DNA from: Octopus bimaculoides
Taxonomy: Eukaryota
Length of the DNA stretch: 64,000 bases
Assembly: GCF_001194135.2 (NCBI RefSeq)
Contig: NC_068996.1
Location: 52,187,445 to 52,251,444, forward strand
Direction of reading: 5' to 3'
Shown here: positions 25,456-40,119 of the stretch, piece by piece
Layout of the letters: each line of letters starts with the position of its first letter
Position numbering within the stretch: position 1 is the first letter of the stretch
Position numbers and translations under genes: made by a program
The notes under the pieces: model-generated
Databases searched by the model: none
Told to the model about the DNA's origin: nothing
What the model saw: only the letters and a program-made list of their open reading frames with translations

Positions 25456-27238
25456 TTATAACCAAAGAAGAGGTCTGTACCTTTGTCCTTTATATATGCT
25501 GTGTTATAGTTTATCTTTTAATTCTTTCAGTCATTAGGTTGCTGCCATGCTGGAGCACTGCCTTGAATTTTAGTCGATTAAATTGACCTCAGAACTTTTT
25601 TTTATTAGCCTGGTACTTATTCTATCAGTCTTTTCTGCCAAACTGCTAAGTTACAAGAATGTAAACACACCAGTACTAGTTGTCAGGCAGTGATTGGGGG
25701 ACAAAAACACAGGCACAATATACACACACACATGATGGGCTTCTTTCAGTTTCCATCTACCAAAACCACTCACAAGGCTTTGGTTGACTCAAGGCTAATA
25801 GAAGACACTTATCCAAGATGTCACACAGTGGGACTGAACCTAAGAACCACATGGTTGGGAAGCAAGCTTCTTACCACACAACCACACCTGTGTAAAAGAT
25901 TCCAAGGTCTAACAATTAGAATTCACTCACAGACACTATTATACATTGATAGGTGTTCAGTTGGAATTTAGTTGTTTACAAGGAAATTACTTCTCTCTCA
26001 TGATTAAATAGAATTCATCATTTTATATAATCATCACTTAACATACATTTTCCCACACTTGCAAGAGTCAGAAGGAATTTGTTGAGTGAGATTTTCTACA
26101 CCCAGATGCCTTTCCTGTCACCAAACCTCACCTGTTTATGAGCAAGGTAATATTTCCTTATGGTCAGACATGTTTTCACAGAATACTGGAAATGAATGAC
26201 TTTCAACTTTAAGTGATATTTAGATGAGGTGACATAAGCATACACATGCTCATGTGTGTGTATACAAATACACGTGTAGATAATTTACATTTACACGCAT
26301 ATACATACACACGCAAGTTTCTGACAAGGTTTTGATCAACCTAGGGCTATAGTGGAAGACATTTGCCACATCTGTGCACATTTAATTTTATTTCATATCA
26401 GCTGCTACCGTTTTTTTTCCTTCTTAATATTGGCATGAAGAAAAATTTTGATGTAATCCTCTCTCATCAGTACAAAATAAAAGAACAGTAATTACATTAT
26501 CTGTAACAAAAATCCGGAAAAAGAAATATATAGAAATTAATAGAGATAGACAAAAAGAAATACTTGATTAAAATATTTCATGGAACAATATATATTTGTA
26601 TGGTGCCATCTTCAAACAAATGTGAATGGCTGGAATGAAAGTCTTTTATATGAAATCCAGCATAACTGAAAAATGGTTTGATACCAACATTAATCAAATA
26701 TATTGTGTTAAAAAAAATTCATAAATTTATATATTAACTTAAATAAACCAGATCTGAATTTGTCCATGAGCTATATTGAATTTCATAAAATATTTTCATA
26801 AATGTCAATTTTGCTGATTTTCTTTTCCCCCAAATTCTAACCAAATGTAGTGAAATTAATTTACTTCTAATAATTTTGTATTATTAAAATAGATACATAT
26901 ATATGGATCAATGCCAGTGCCCTTGACTGGCTCCCCATGCCAGTGATACGTAAAAAGCACCATCCGAATGTGGTCGATGCCAGTGCCACCTGACTGGCTC
27001 CCATTCCAGTGGCACATAAAAAGCACCCACAACACTCTCAGAGTGGTTATTTGTTAGGAAGGGCATCCAGCTGTAGAAACTCTGCCAGATCAGATTGGAG
27101 CCTGGTGCAACCTCCTAGCTTGCCAGTCCTCAGTCAAACTGTCCAACCTATACCAGCATGGAAAACGGAGATTAAACGATGATGATGATGATGATATACA
27201 TATAGATAGATAGTGATATTATATATATATATATATAT

Positions 27239-27272
<34 letters not shown>

Positions 27273-28405
27273 GTATATAGATATTTATATGTATATATTA
27301 GATGATTCTGCAGTTTTTTTGCTGAACAACTTGTGCCAATGATTTGTCTATAAGGATCAAATGTGTGTGCTATACATTAGCTCAATCCTTCCACCAAATC
27401 AACATTACCTGTACAGGTGCACAAGTGTGCTACATATCAGATGTCGAAGTGATTGCTGTGCAACATGAGATGAAATGCTTTGCTCAAGAACACAATGCAC
27501 CACCCGGTCTTGGAATTGAAACCACGATCTTGTGATGAGTACAACACCTAAACCACTAGGTCACATATATAGATAGATGCTGAGCATCCTCCCACCACTT
27601 TCTTCAAACTACTCAACCTTCTATTTCTTATTAGAAGCAACCTATGTTCCTTTCATCACACTCTAGCCATTCAACGCCTGGCATAGAACCAATGCCCTTC
27701 CACCTCTCAAATATTGCCATCCTGCATTTAATCAAGGTTTTCCCTGCCCACCATTATTTTTTTTCTAACTCCATCTTCCTGTTGCTTTTATCTTGCTTTG
27801 CAAGTTACTTGGCAACCTTGCTAGTGCTGGTGCCACATAAAAATCATCCAGTACTACTCTGTAAAGTGGATGACATTAGGAAGAAGGAAATCCAGCCTAG
27901 AAACCAAGCCAGAGTGGATAGTGGTGCTTGATGCAGTTTTCTGATTTTCCCATTCCTGTCAAACCGTCCAGCCCATGGCATCATGGAAAGAACATTAAAT
28001 GATGATTTATATATATATATATATATATTAATATTAAACTATTTCTGGATAATTTTCTGTACCTCCCTCTATTGTGGTAAAAGTTTGGTATATACTCAAA
28101 AGTATTCATAAAACATTTTATCCTTTTGTTATAATATTCTTCTTAATAATCCTCTGAATAACCCTAAACTTTATACAATATAGCAGTATTGCTTAAAATA
28201 TTTAACTATAGTACTACATAAGATTTCCCCTGTTTCATTATCAATGGTCTACTAGTGGCCAGCTCCCTTAATTGTCAGCTAACATCTTGATTTAAGTTTT
28301 CCTTCACCAAATCCCATGATATTGCTTCAAATAAATCTTGATTTTTATGACTATACCCACTATGATTTCTGTCGACCCCCTCAGCCCTGCCCCTGACAGA
28401 CCCAG

Positions 28406-28799
28406 CCTTAGATATACAAGGATTTTATAAAACTAGTCTATAAATTAAAACTGACCCCATATAAAAGTGACAAGCAAAATCTGTAACAAGTCTTTCTTCA
28501 TGATAACTTAGTGGCTTCTAAGAGGAAGGAAGGGCAACAATGTTCTTTGTCTATCTCCTTAACTTCTCAGAGATTTTAGGTAAAATTATACTAATGTATC
28601 CATCAGTTTTAATTTAATTAAATTCTGTCTTTGTGCAGCTAAAGATTACTCTGCATTTAAACTGATGTAATGATTGCATTGTTCAATTAAATGGAGTTGC
28701 ATGAAACGATTGTACCTCTGGAAATCCTTGTTGCATATTTGGATTTTATTCACCTTATTTTGAAACTGTATGGATAATACCATACTAAATTCTGGTGCC
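28406..28799 (-). repeat. Dispersed repeat of about 390 bp, unclassified; paralog of 48975-49363
   Basis: Colinear homology from GGCACCAGAATTTAG to GTATATCTAAGGC. Confidence 0.8.
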
Positions 28800-29688
28800 N
28801 NNNNNNNNNNNNNNNNNNNNNNNNNNNNNNNNNNNNNNNNNNNNNNNNNNNNNNNNNNNNNNNNNNNNNNNNNNNNNNNNNNNNNNNNNNNNNNNNNNNC
28901 ATGTTTGGCCATTGATATATTCATAAATAATTATTGTTTATAATATATCCTCCATAATCTATTTTTACATTACTTTTTAATTATATATAAATATATAGAT
29001 CTCATTGCTATTATGCTAAAGTGTTGTAAGTACAAAATATTGCTTTTTCAGAAAACAAAAAAATAGTCTTGCCATTCCATAGCAAAACCATTGTACTACA
29101 CTTTGACAATTTTTGATGTTTTGGCATCTGAAGCAGCTGGAGATATGATAGTTTGACCAAAAGAACTGGCTATTACAAACAAGAATAAATATCGGGAAAA
29201 AAAAAACGCATTTGGCCAAATTTTGACATACGACATTTTAACATAATAGCAACGATATATATATACAATTAATATTAAGTAGAAGCAACGGAGTGACTCA
29301 AAGGTCTGAGAGTTCCGTACTAGTTACAGGTTGAGGGGTTGTAAATTTATATACCTGTGATGATAGTATTTCCCTCGTTAGTTCTGGAACTAATTTTAAT
29401 AAAAATAATTACAATATCGCATAGGTAATTCATATTTTTCAAACAATTTTCCTGTTATACCATTCAATAAGTAAATACATAGATAAATACAATTTAGGCA
29501 TGCTTATGCACAAGAGTGCTAGTGAACAATATATATATATATATACACACACACACATATGTGCAAACATCCACTCATACCTGCATGATTATATATTCAC
29601 ACACACACACACAGATATGTATATATAAAGCAAAATAAGAATATACATTACATAAATGCATAAGTGTACCTGTTTACACCATCAAACC

Positions 29689-29756
<68 letters not shown>

Positions 29757-30939
29757 AGGGCATACAAAAACACACACATGCACACGCAACTGGAGTATTC
29801 TGTTCTCTGCAGAGCAATCAGACATCCAGAAAATGACTTGAAGAATTATAGATTCAGGCAGCTGATGCAGAGGGAAGGAAAAGTCTAATAAGACAGATAC
29901 ATGAGCATGATGACACTCTGCAAGTCAGAGGTGATGGCACTTAAGAGCAAGGATGGGCTCACAGTAACAGAGAAAGAGGAGATGAAAGAGGCAACTATCA
30001 CAGCAATCATTCACAGTGTCAATATCACAGTAATCATTTCTTCCTTCAACAAATCAGCCACTGGATTTTACTTCTTCAAACATATGTGAAACTCCTTGCT
30101 TTAAAGATAGGTAAGTGTTGGTGACAGGAAGGGCACCCAGCTGTAAAACAATGCATTTATAATAAATTTGTTTAACCTATGCTAGCATGGACATCATCAT
30201 CCTTCAATGTCTGTTTTCCATGCTGGACAGATATAAAAACAAAAATTGATACATATATATATATATATACACACAGAAACATTATACATATAAAAACTTT
30301 TTTTTTTTTGCCACCTTAAAGCTTTCTGAACGTGACTGAAAAAGTCATTCACTCTCATTTAAGAGGATTCTGCAACAAACTGTAGAATGGACAAGATGCT
30401 TGAATGGCAATAAAGAATATAACTAACTCTACATTATTATAAACAAATAGGAACAACTTAAGTAACATGAAAACACGCAATCTTTATTCCATATGGGAGC
30501 AAGCTGATGGATTTTTATCATTGTTGCTCATGCATAGAAATAAAGAAATATTTAAAATCAAACATCTTTATGCACTAATAACTACCAAAATAACTTCAGA
30601 ATAATTTCATTTCTTACCAAAAATAGTTTTAAATGTGATTAATTGAAAAAGAAAGTAGTGTCTCAATGAGCTGTTTAAAGAAAAGAGCATCATAAAATAG
30701 GATGCATCTAAGATATGTTACAAGTTTTTTAAAATGTATATAAATTAACATGTTTTTATTATCACATAGTATTCCTGATAAAATGTTAATGACATCAATT
30801 AAGTAGATGTAAATGGTAAAATGTTATTGTTAAAGAACAAAAGAAACAACAAAAAAATGTTTGTCAGCGACCCTGAAATACATTTCAGCAATTTTTAAAT
30901 ATAATAATTTATTACTTAAAATCTAATTTAACTACATTT

Positions 30940-31969
30940 TCAATAAAAAATAATTTCTGGAATTTGTCCTCCTTGCACTCCTGTTCCATTAGTACTATCT
31001 GAGGAACACTGGAATTGGAAAGTCACTTTACCACATTGACATTCAGCCATACCTTCTTGGCCAAAGTAACTTAGTTCTGCACCATCTAGAATGGCACTGG
31101 CTGTGTAAAATGTATCTGCTTCAACTGAAATTGGTTTTTCAAACATTACTGAAAATGTTGAACTAGAACCATCAGAGAAAAAGCTAGTCTGATTTTGTCC
31201 CAAAATATTTCCATTTTTCTTCAATTCTATTTTGACTTGATATTCAGCAGCACCATTACTAGACCCATAAAGACCAAAACCTACAATAAATATTCGTCTG
31301 TCAACAGAGAACTGAATGCTGTCGCATCGCCCACGATAACGCCACTGGTTACTTCGATACGCTGAGGATTGAAAGCGTCGGCATTTTTGTGGTTGAAGTC
31401 CAGTCCTTTGATTATGAATGAATGGAAGTATAGGTTTGGAGTGTGCAGTGAAATGAAGGAAGATATCCGTGGTTTCCTTTAATGTTATGATTCCAGATTG
31501 AGCTGGACCATTAGCAAAGTCTTCAAGTGACATTGCAGGTAAGCGAATGTGATACATAGCAGACTTCAAAACAGCTCGTTTGTTTTCGGGAGTGGCCTGT
31601 AAATCTTGTCGTAAACATTCAGCTTCTGCCCACTTACATGCAGCATTGAAAATTGACAACTCCTTAACATTTAACGTGTCCCTTGCCAAAACAGATTGCA
31701 GAGTTGAATGATCAATTTCACAGAAACTTTCAGACTTGAGTGCTTCTTCAGCTTGAGCATCAATAACTTCCCAACATCTTTGTGTTAATTCTTCCTCTTC
31801 AAAAAACAGACCATGACTTAATGAAACACAAGCGTTTCGTGCACTCAGAGTTGTTCCCATATACTGTACACAGGCTTTCGTTAAATATGGCACTAGATAC
31901 TTCTTTGCTGCATATAAAGTAGACCAGACATTGTCAGCATCCAGCTGGATTTCATCACAATAGATATAT
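30940..31969 (-). CDS. BTBD3/BTBD6: BTB/POZ-BACK-PHR protein, last coding exon
   Basis: TTTTCCAG acceptor. Encodes the end of BTB (YIYCDEI..TLYAAKKY), BACK and PHR domains (RFQSSAYRSNQWRYRGRCDSIQF...SSDSTNGTGVQGGQIPEIIFY*), which match the BTBD3/6 subfamily as I recall it. Confidence 0.96.
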
Positions 31970-32729
31970 CTGGAAAAGAAAAAAAAAATAACATGAATAC
32001 TTGTCTGTAACATGCCATCCAAACATTATGTAAATTAATTACAAGAATAATCAAGCTAAATGTTAATTGTTTATTCGGTGTTTGATTGACTTCCATATTA
32101 TTAGAAATGTGACTGATAATTAATAAGAGTGAGATGGTAGAATTGAAACCAAAGAAGATAAGCTGTATCACATGATGCTTGGTTTTACAAATGAGAAAAC
32201 AGAGGTTTATAATCCTAAAGGCACAAATTCTGAAATGATTTTAGGGGAAGGGGCAAGGCAATTACATTGACTTCCTGTGCTCTGTTGCCACTTATTTCAT
32301 CAACTCTGAAAGGATGAAAGGCAAAGATGACCTCAGTGTAATGTGAACTCCGAATGTAGAGACAGACAAAATGCTGCTAAATATTTTGTCCAGCATGCTA
32401 ACAATTGTGCCAACTTGCTGCCTTCCAGAGGTCTATAAGGAATGGTGATGCTTTGTGGTAGAATCACTCACCCCATACTACAATGGAATCTTTTATTTTT
32501 TATTTGTTTCAGTCATTGGACTGCAGCCATACGAGGGGGAGGGGTATTGCTTTGAAGAATTTTAGTCAAATGAATCAATCTTTTTTGTTTTGTTTTTTTA
32601 AACTGGTATTTATTCTATCAGTTTCTTTTACCAAACTGCTAAGTTACAGGTACATGAACACACCAACACTGGTTGTCAAGTGGTGGTGATGGTGGACAAA
32701 CAAAGACACACTTATATATAAATGATGAT

Positions 32730-32761
<32 letters not shown>

Positions 32762-33486
32762 CTTTATAGAGTAACAGTCTTTTGTTATATTTCTGCTGCT
32801 TTTAAATAAAGCATATTACTCTACCTCTGGTATTTGAGTACTCTTTTTTCCACCTTGTTGCACATTTTATGTGCTTACTCCGGTATATATATATATATAT
32901 ATATATGATGGGCTTCTTTCAATTTCTATCCACCAAATCCACTCACTCTGGTTGGCCTGAGGCTGTAGTAGAAGACACTTCCTCAAAGTGCCATGCAGTG
33001 AGGCTGAACCCAGAAACATGTGGGTGGAAAGCAAGCTTCTAACCACACAGTCACACCTGCATCGTTTTAACAAGATGTTTTAACGAGTTCTTTCATACTA
33101 AAATGTAAGTTTTTAGGATTTCTTTTTCTTCTCTTCTTACCAGATTTTTGTCATCTGGTTAACTACTATCACATGTCTTTTCTAATGTTTGAAGTGAAAC
33201 AGCTTCAACCAGAAAGAAAATGAAGACCATGTTTTCATCTCACAGGTAGGGAAGGAAGGTAGCTCTATTCTACCACACCTGTTACAAACAGGTAAATTAT
33301 TACAGTATGATTAATCAGCTTATATTAACATACTTTAAAAAAAATCATGAATTAAATTACATTATATAAATTATTATCTGGCAGAAATTCATGAATTATT
33401 ATTTATGCAACATAAATATTATGCAAATTATTTTTGCAACTAAATAATTAAATCAGATCAATTAAGCAATAAAATAATAAATTTAC

Positions 33487-33944
33487 CTGAGTAAGTTTAA
33501 GAAAGCATCAGGTTGAATATCAGTGACATGTATTTCATTGGAATTAGTTTGATCTGCAAGTGCACCATAGAACATAGCAAAGAATACTGAACTAGCTGTT
33601 GCTAATACATATTTGTGAGCCCATACAGATGTGGTACCTACAATAAAACGAACATCTGACATCAAAGGATTATTAAACATAACAGCATTGCGTGCTCTAA
33701 TAGTTGTCATTGAAGCTTGCCAATTTACTTCTTGACTTGCTTTTGATGTAGGTAAAGTCTTTGGTGAAGGGGCTCTGTCTTTCCAATTAGTATCAGAGGT
33801 TGATTCTAAATGTATTTTGGGAGACTTTGGAATATATTTTTGATGTACATAGTTCTGGGGAACCTCTTGGTTTATTTCTTCATTATCCTTAATTTGCTTT
33901 ATGGATGTGCATTGCCTTCCTTCAGACATTGTTGCTTTATTCAT
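33487..33944 (-). CDS. BTBD3/BTBD6: BTB/POZ-BACK-PHR protein, first coding exon (total 495 aa)
   Basis: ATG at 33944; NWQA...RNAVMFNNPLMSDVRFIVG..AHKYVLATASSVFFAMFYG (BTB). Donor AG|GTAAAT at 33486 is phase 2 and joins the last exon (458+1030=1488 nt). An acceptor TTGCAG lies 5 nt before the ATG, so an upstream exon exists. Confidence 0.94.
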
Positions 33945-34169
33945 GAATTCTGCAACAGAAAAAAAGTAAATGTATCAAGTTGGAAAAAATTATGGGAAAT
34001 TAGAGGAAATACTGCTTTTAATGACGTAACATTAAAAAAGTTATGAATTTTGAGAATCAATAGACTAAAGAAATATTTCAATTCTTTTTTAATTCAGCAT
34101 TTACCCTAAACTTCTCAGCATAACCATAGAATCATCAGTATCAATGGTAATATCAAGAATGATGTCAAA

Positions 34170-34850
34170 TGTGGAATTAGCAATGCCCCAGCCATATTCC
34201 AGAGAATGTGTCATTTGGTCCTCCAATACTGTCAGCCTATGAATAATGATCCAACACTGTAATAGCATACATCTACCAACACGTTTCTCCATGCTAGGAA
34301 GACATGGAGGAGCACCATGAAAATCAACAGAAAGCTAGACGTGTTCCACCAAAGATGCTGGAGAAGGATTCTAAGAACATTCTGGTAAAACCAAATAACC
34401 AATGAAGATATTCTTAAGAGAGCCAACAGCAGACCGCTTGGTGAAATCATAGCAGAACAAAGATTAAAAGGTCTCATACTCTGGCTACAANNNNNNNNNN
34501 AAGCTAGACGTGTTCCACCAAAGATGCTGGAGAAGGATTCTAAGAACATTCTGGTAAAACCAAATAACCAATGAAGATATTCTTAAGAGAGCCAACAGCA
34601 GACCGCTTGGTGAAATCATAGCAGAACAAAGATTAAAAGGTCTCATACTCTGGCTACAAGAACAATGTTATTCTAAAACAGGATTCAAATGGAGGGGAAA
34701 AGGAAGAGGGGAAGACTGGAAACTACATGGCATAGAATATTCATAACTGACATGGGAGAAGCCAATATCATATGGCTAGAAACAGAGAAAAGCACAGTCA
34801 AGTGAAACTACTTGGTTGCCTAATGCGTACAAAAGCACAAAAGGAAGTTA
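34170..34850 (+). mobile_element. Decayed RTE-like LINE 3' region
   Basis: KLDVFHQRCWRRIL.IFW.NQITNEDIL.RA and G.GRRG...TW-like remnants. Contains a gap-flanking duplicate. Confidence 0.75.
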
Positions 34851-35779
34851 TACTGAGATAATAAAATTCTATATTAGCTGCCACGTATTAATATTATAGA
34901 GGAAGGAGATATAAACTTTATAAGCTGTAGTAAGGGCAACCCATTTAGGAGGGGGGGCAGTAAGTTCAAAATAAGAACGGATACAGGCTTGATGGGATGC
35001 TACAATCCTTCTACAAATAAGTTTTTTAGGGTGAAGTGGTTAGTGTTAGAAAGAACATCCAGCATAAGAACCACACACACATATACACACACACACACAC
35101 ACATACATACATACACACATATGCACGACATTCTAGCTGCTCTGAGCCAAATGAAAAAAGGTTGTGACAGGAGGTGAAACTCATCAGAGACTTCAAATGA
35201 TAATGATGATAAACCTGCATCATTTTCATTTATACTATTACATATAGTGGCTAATATAAGCCAATATATTTTAGTTATTACACCCAGAACTATAACTATC
35301 ATGGATTTTCATAACTAAATGAAACCTAACCCCTACAAATGTTAACCACACTTCAACTAACATTACCAATTTATTAACAAAACCTATCCAGCATGAATTG
35401 TATTCATTTCATTTAATATTTATAATACTAAAGTTGTAGTTGAATCCTCCATTAAGGCCATTCTATTATTACTGTAGAGTAGCGGAGAGACCTGCATCCC
35501 ACCCTCAACGTTCACAGGTTTCCTTGTCATTAGCATGGAATATTTTTTTCTCCTATTATAATTATTTCTGTAGTCTTAAGGATCTGGAACAAGAAGAAGT
35601 TTACAAGCGGAGTGCAATTCAACAGTCGTTTATTTTGAGTTCTCGTTCATGTGGTTCGCTCTCAGTGACTATCTTTATGGCAGCACAAGGTTCTATAGTT
35701 AAAAATTCTTGAAAGTTTTACAATTAGAAACATGATTCACCTAAAAGCTTGTGTGGGTGGGGGTTCCACATTTTTATTC

Positions 35780-36141
35780 TACAAAGCGAAATTGTGATGG
35801 CACCTGTGCCCAGCGTCGCCTTCCTGGCACGTGTAAAGACATTTGAGCGAGATCGTTGCCAGTGCCGCTGGACTGGCTCCTGTGCAGGTGGCACGTAAAA
35901 TACACCATTTTGAGTGTGGCCATTGCCAGTACCTCCTGACTGGCTTTTGTGTCGGTGGCACATAAAAGCACCCACTACACTCTCGGAGTGGTTGGCATTA
36001 GGAAGGGCATCCAGCTGTAGAAACTCTGCCAAATCAGATTGGAGCCTGGTGTAGCCATCTGGTTCATCAGTCCTTAGTCAAATCGTCCAACCCATGCTAG
36101 CATGGGAAAGCGGACGTTAAATGATGATGATGATGATGATG
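35780..36141 (+). mobile_element. RTE-3'UTR-derived short repeat (family C)
   Basis: AGGAAGGGCATCCAGCTGTAGAAACTCTGCC and (GAT)n tail. Other copies at about 15895-16410 (-), 26900-27195, 27800-28005, 37145-37237 (-), 40284-40608 and 51995-52102. Confidence 0.85.
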
Positions 36142-37237
36142 AATGATACTTGTTAAAGTAGAGTAAGGTTTGTATCTCTGGATGAGAGATAGACTTTTCA
36201 TAGACTTTTCTCTCTCTTTCTCTCTCAGATAAGACACCTATCCTCATCCATGAGGACGAAAAGCCTGCATGGTAACTCAAACTGTCAGGAATAACAACCG
36301 AATCACCTTCAAACAACACCTAAAATCTAAAGAAAGAAAGAACAGTGGATAATATAATCCATTGATTGAAAAAAAGCTGAGATGGTCATGGATGTATGGG
36401 AGAGTTACCTTAGAGCTAAACCACTGAACATATATTTTCAGTAAACACAGGTAAGTGGTATGCATTCATGAAATAAAGCTGGCTAGCTGTGTGTGGGGGA
36501 GGGTGCAGAGGGGGAGAAAGAGGGAGAGAAAGAGAGAGAGAGAGGGAAAGAGAAAGAGAGAGAGGGAAAGAGGGACAAAAAGAGAGAGAGAGATCCATTG
36601 AATGCATAACATTCAATGGATGTCACAAGTTATTTTTGATGATCTCAGCTTACTGAAGAAGTTAGGGAAAGCAATAAGATAAAATTAAAATAATTGGTTA
36701 ATGAGTTTTCTATTCCACAGTATAAAACCAGGGACAGAGTACAGAACAAGGAAACATAGCATCAGTCATTTATACACACATACAGGGTCATCGTTGCAGT
36801 TTTATAAATAGTCTGGCAACAAGCCACAACATACATAGACCAAAATTAGGGCCCTAGACCCAGTTAGACCCACACGCTTTAAGGCAGCCCTGAAATCCAA
36901 TGAAGCAAACTCAGAGTTTTCCTATCAAGTAAAGTACTATTTATTTGTTTATCTTAACAAATTCTATCATTCAATGTGGTTGGTCAGATCTGAATTATAT
37001 CAGAGAGCTAATAAGAGACCTGCCCAGATTCCAAACCCCTATCCCCTTAAATTTCACACACACAGAGACACATACATTACATACACACACACACACCAGC
37101 CATGTGCTGAATAAATAAGCTAAGTTGGCAACAATAATAATGATCATGATCATCATCATCATCATTCAACGTCCACTTTCCATGCTGGCATGGGTTGGAC
37201 GATTTGACTGGGGACTGGCAAGCCAGGAGGCTGCACC

Positions 37238-37509
37238 AGTAGTCAAAACAACCAAAACCACATTTAAGAGCAATTTCGAAGGGAATGAAAAATAAAATCT
37301 TTTACCTTGTTATCTTTTTACAGTCATACCTAAATTATGTTAATGTTATGGCATGGTCACTGATGAGAATTTCGCCTAACAGATCATTTTATTTGCTAAA
37401 TAAAATTCAAAACCTAGGTATGACTGTAAAAAAATAACAAGGTAAAAGTTTTTATTTCTCATTCCCTTTGGAATTGCTCTTAAATGTGGTTTTAGTCATT
37501 TTGACTGCT
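37238..37509. repeat. Fold-back element, arms of about 95 bp, 82-nt spacer
   Basis: 37238-37332 is the imperfect reverse complement of 37415-37509. Confidence 0.9.
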
Positions 37510-37991
37510 TCTTCTAGCATGTAAAGCTGACTGTTAAAGGCAGTTTTCTCTTGTGTTTAAATGTATACTATTTTATATTGAGAATATGTTGTCTATTGAC
37601 TTTTTATACATGCTAGGCCACTGGTAGTGAAATTTCTAAAAAAACTCGCTACCCTAATTTATGTATATGTATATATATATATATATATATAATATATATA
37701 TATATATATACTAATGTGTGTATGTATATATATTGTAATCTTCCAATACTGAAACACATGTAGTTCCTTCATATTTAATTAATTTAGTGTTAACTAAAGT
37801 AGGAGATAATTAATGAAGTATAGTATATACCCAGGTGGTATAATGGTTATATCCTTTATGTATTATTTCGCAATGTGCAAATGGATACCATGAGTTTACT
37901 TTCAAATATACTCATTAGTTTTTGTATTATCTGAAATAGAATACCCGCATATCTATTAATCCCATAAACTGAATTACACACACACACACAC

Positions 37992-38090
<99 letters not shown>

Positions 38091-40119
38091 TATGTAAGTT
38101 GAAAGGTATATAAAAATTGCAACTAACATTGAAATACTAAACATTTACTGAATAAATACATTGAATTTTATTAATTAAATTAGTTTTTTTGGAATGAATT
38201 AGAAGTGTGTGTTTCTTTTTTAGTTTATGACTAGTATATATTTAGTTTCTGTCTGAATAAACACAGAGCACTTTCCTCAAATACATCATTGCTTTTAAAT
38301 GGTTTATATGAATTCCTGATAATCATTTCAGTTTTAATTCCTAATGTTACATCAAACCAATTGTAAAAACTTGATAAAATATTTATATAAGCATTTTATA
38401 AGAATTTGAATTGAATTTTTAATTGTTTTTCATACTCATTCTAATCTTATGTAGTGATTTCCAATACAAGCTGAAGGCTTCAAATTATGGAGGAAGGATA
38501 TAGTTGGTTACACAGATCCCTAAATTATTACTGGCACTTTATTTTATTGACCCCAGAAGGATTAAAAGCAAAGTTGTTCCTAATGGAATTTTAACTCAGA
38601 TTCTTAATGAGTTATAACTAAATAACAGAAGGCATTTTGTTTGGTGCTCTACCAGTTCTGATAAGACAACAATACTTGTTGAGTTTGGAAGAATGGAGTC
38701 TAACAGAGTCAGTAGTTTGTATTCTGTTCTCTGAGAAGCTTTGGATGGGCAAAACACTTTTCTTTCATTAGCTACTCAATTTATTTAACTGTAAAAAAAT
38801 ACTATGGAGGAAGGTATTGCTCGTTGCTTGGTGGGTGAATTATGTAACTGATATAAAGCTTGCAGTACTGAGTTCAAATCCAATTATCCCAGTAACAAAG
38901 TAATAACTGAAGTAGTAATTATTATAGTTCATAATGACAAGAATAAGTTAACTCATTAGCATTTAAATCAGCCCAAAATTTCCATATGCTTTATGTTCTA
39001 ACAGGGTAGATCTGGTTTCTCACACCTATTCTACAACCTAAACAATCATATCATCGAAATCTGAAAGCTATGAGATAATACACAATTAATTCCACACAAT
39101 GTGAATAAATAAACATTACATTTGACAGAATGCTTTAATAGAAAAAAAAAACATGAGATTTTCTTTGGTTACAAAAGGTATTTTCCATGTTAGCCATTAA
39201 GGAATTCTTCCTGAACTAATTTAATCACTTGACCTAATAGAAATAGCAGTCAAATTTTCCTCAAACTACACTTGTACCACTTAAAAAAAAGGAGGCACTA
39301 GATAATGTAGTCTGGAGTACACTATGATTAAGAAAAGATGAGAAGATTGTGGCTGGAATATTTGATTATCTGACATGGAGCTATATAACAATTTACTTTC
39401 TCAGAAGTACTAGTAAAAGCATGTTAGAAGTTGTGATATTTCTAATTTTAAAAACATTTTCAGTTGATTTCTAACTAAATCTTTTAGCATTTAAATTACT
39501 CAGTCAAATGTAATGATTATTGATCCACGTTATTTTCAATTCCTCATGAGGTGATTGTTTATTTTTAGAATGACATTGTAGGATAGGTGTGAGGGGCTGG
39601 ATCTGGTCAGTTTGAACATAAAACAGACAGATTATTTGGGCTGGATATTGCTGGTTTATATGCTAAAGAGCAACAAGATAAATACCAGAATAAGCAAATA
39701 TCAACAAACACATTTACACTAGTTTAAAAGAATATGATAAATAGCTCAAAAAATTTTGTCAAAAGCATCAAAAATATTTTAACACTGTTGCTAGGGTAGT
39801 GAATGACAGAATCAATAAAGCCCTGGACAAAATAATTCTGTGATATTTATGTATGTCCTGTATATTCCAACTTGGGTAGACTTTACCTTTCTCCCCCCCC
39901 CNNNNNNNNNNNNNNNNNNNNNNNNNNNNNNNNNNNNNNNNNNNNNNNNNNNNNNNNNNNNNNNNNNNNNNNNNNNNNNNNNNNNNNNNNNNNNNNNNNN
40001 NNNNNNNNNNNNNNNNNNNNNNNNNNNNNNNNNNNNNNNNNNNNNNNNNCCCATTATCAGTGAAATAGTGATGGCAATACATTCTGACATTTCCCTCAAA
40101 ATTCTAATATTCAATTTAT

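Noticed and set aside
29285-29325. Helitron 3' end (bulged hairpin plus CTAG|T)
   Set aside because: The hairpin is weak and touches the CTAG, and no matching 5' end or Rep sequence is nearby.
30940-32022. 360-aa ORF as a stand-alone gene starting at 32022
   Set aside because: The first 18 codons are intronic (poly-T acceptor); the real frame is spliced from 33487.
34331-34660. Exact tandem duplication of about 160 bp in a LINE fragment
   Set aside because: Same artefact; identical copies on either side of a 10-N gap at 34491-34500.
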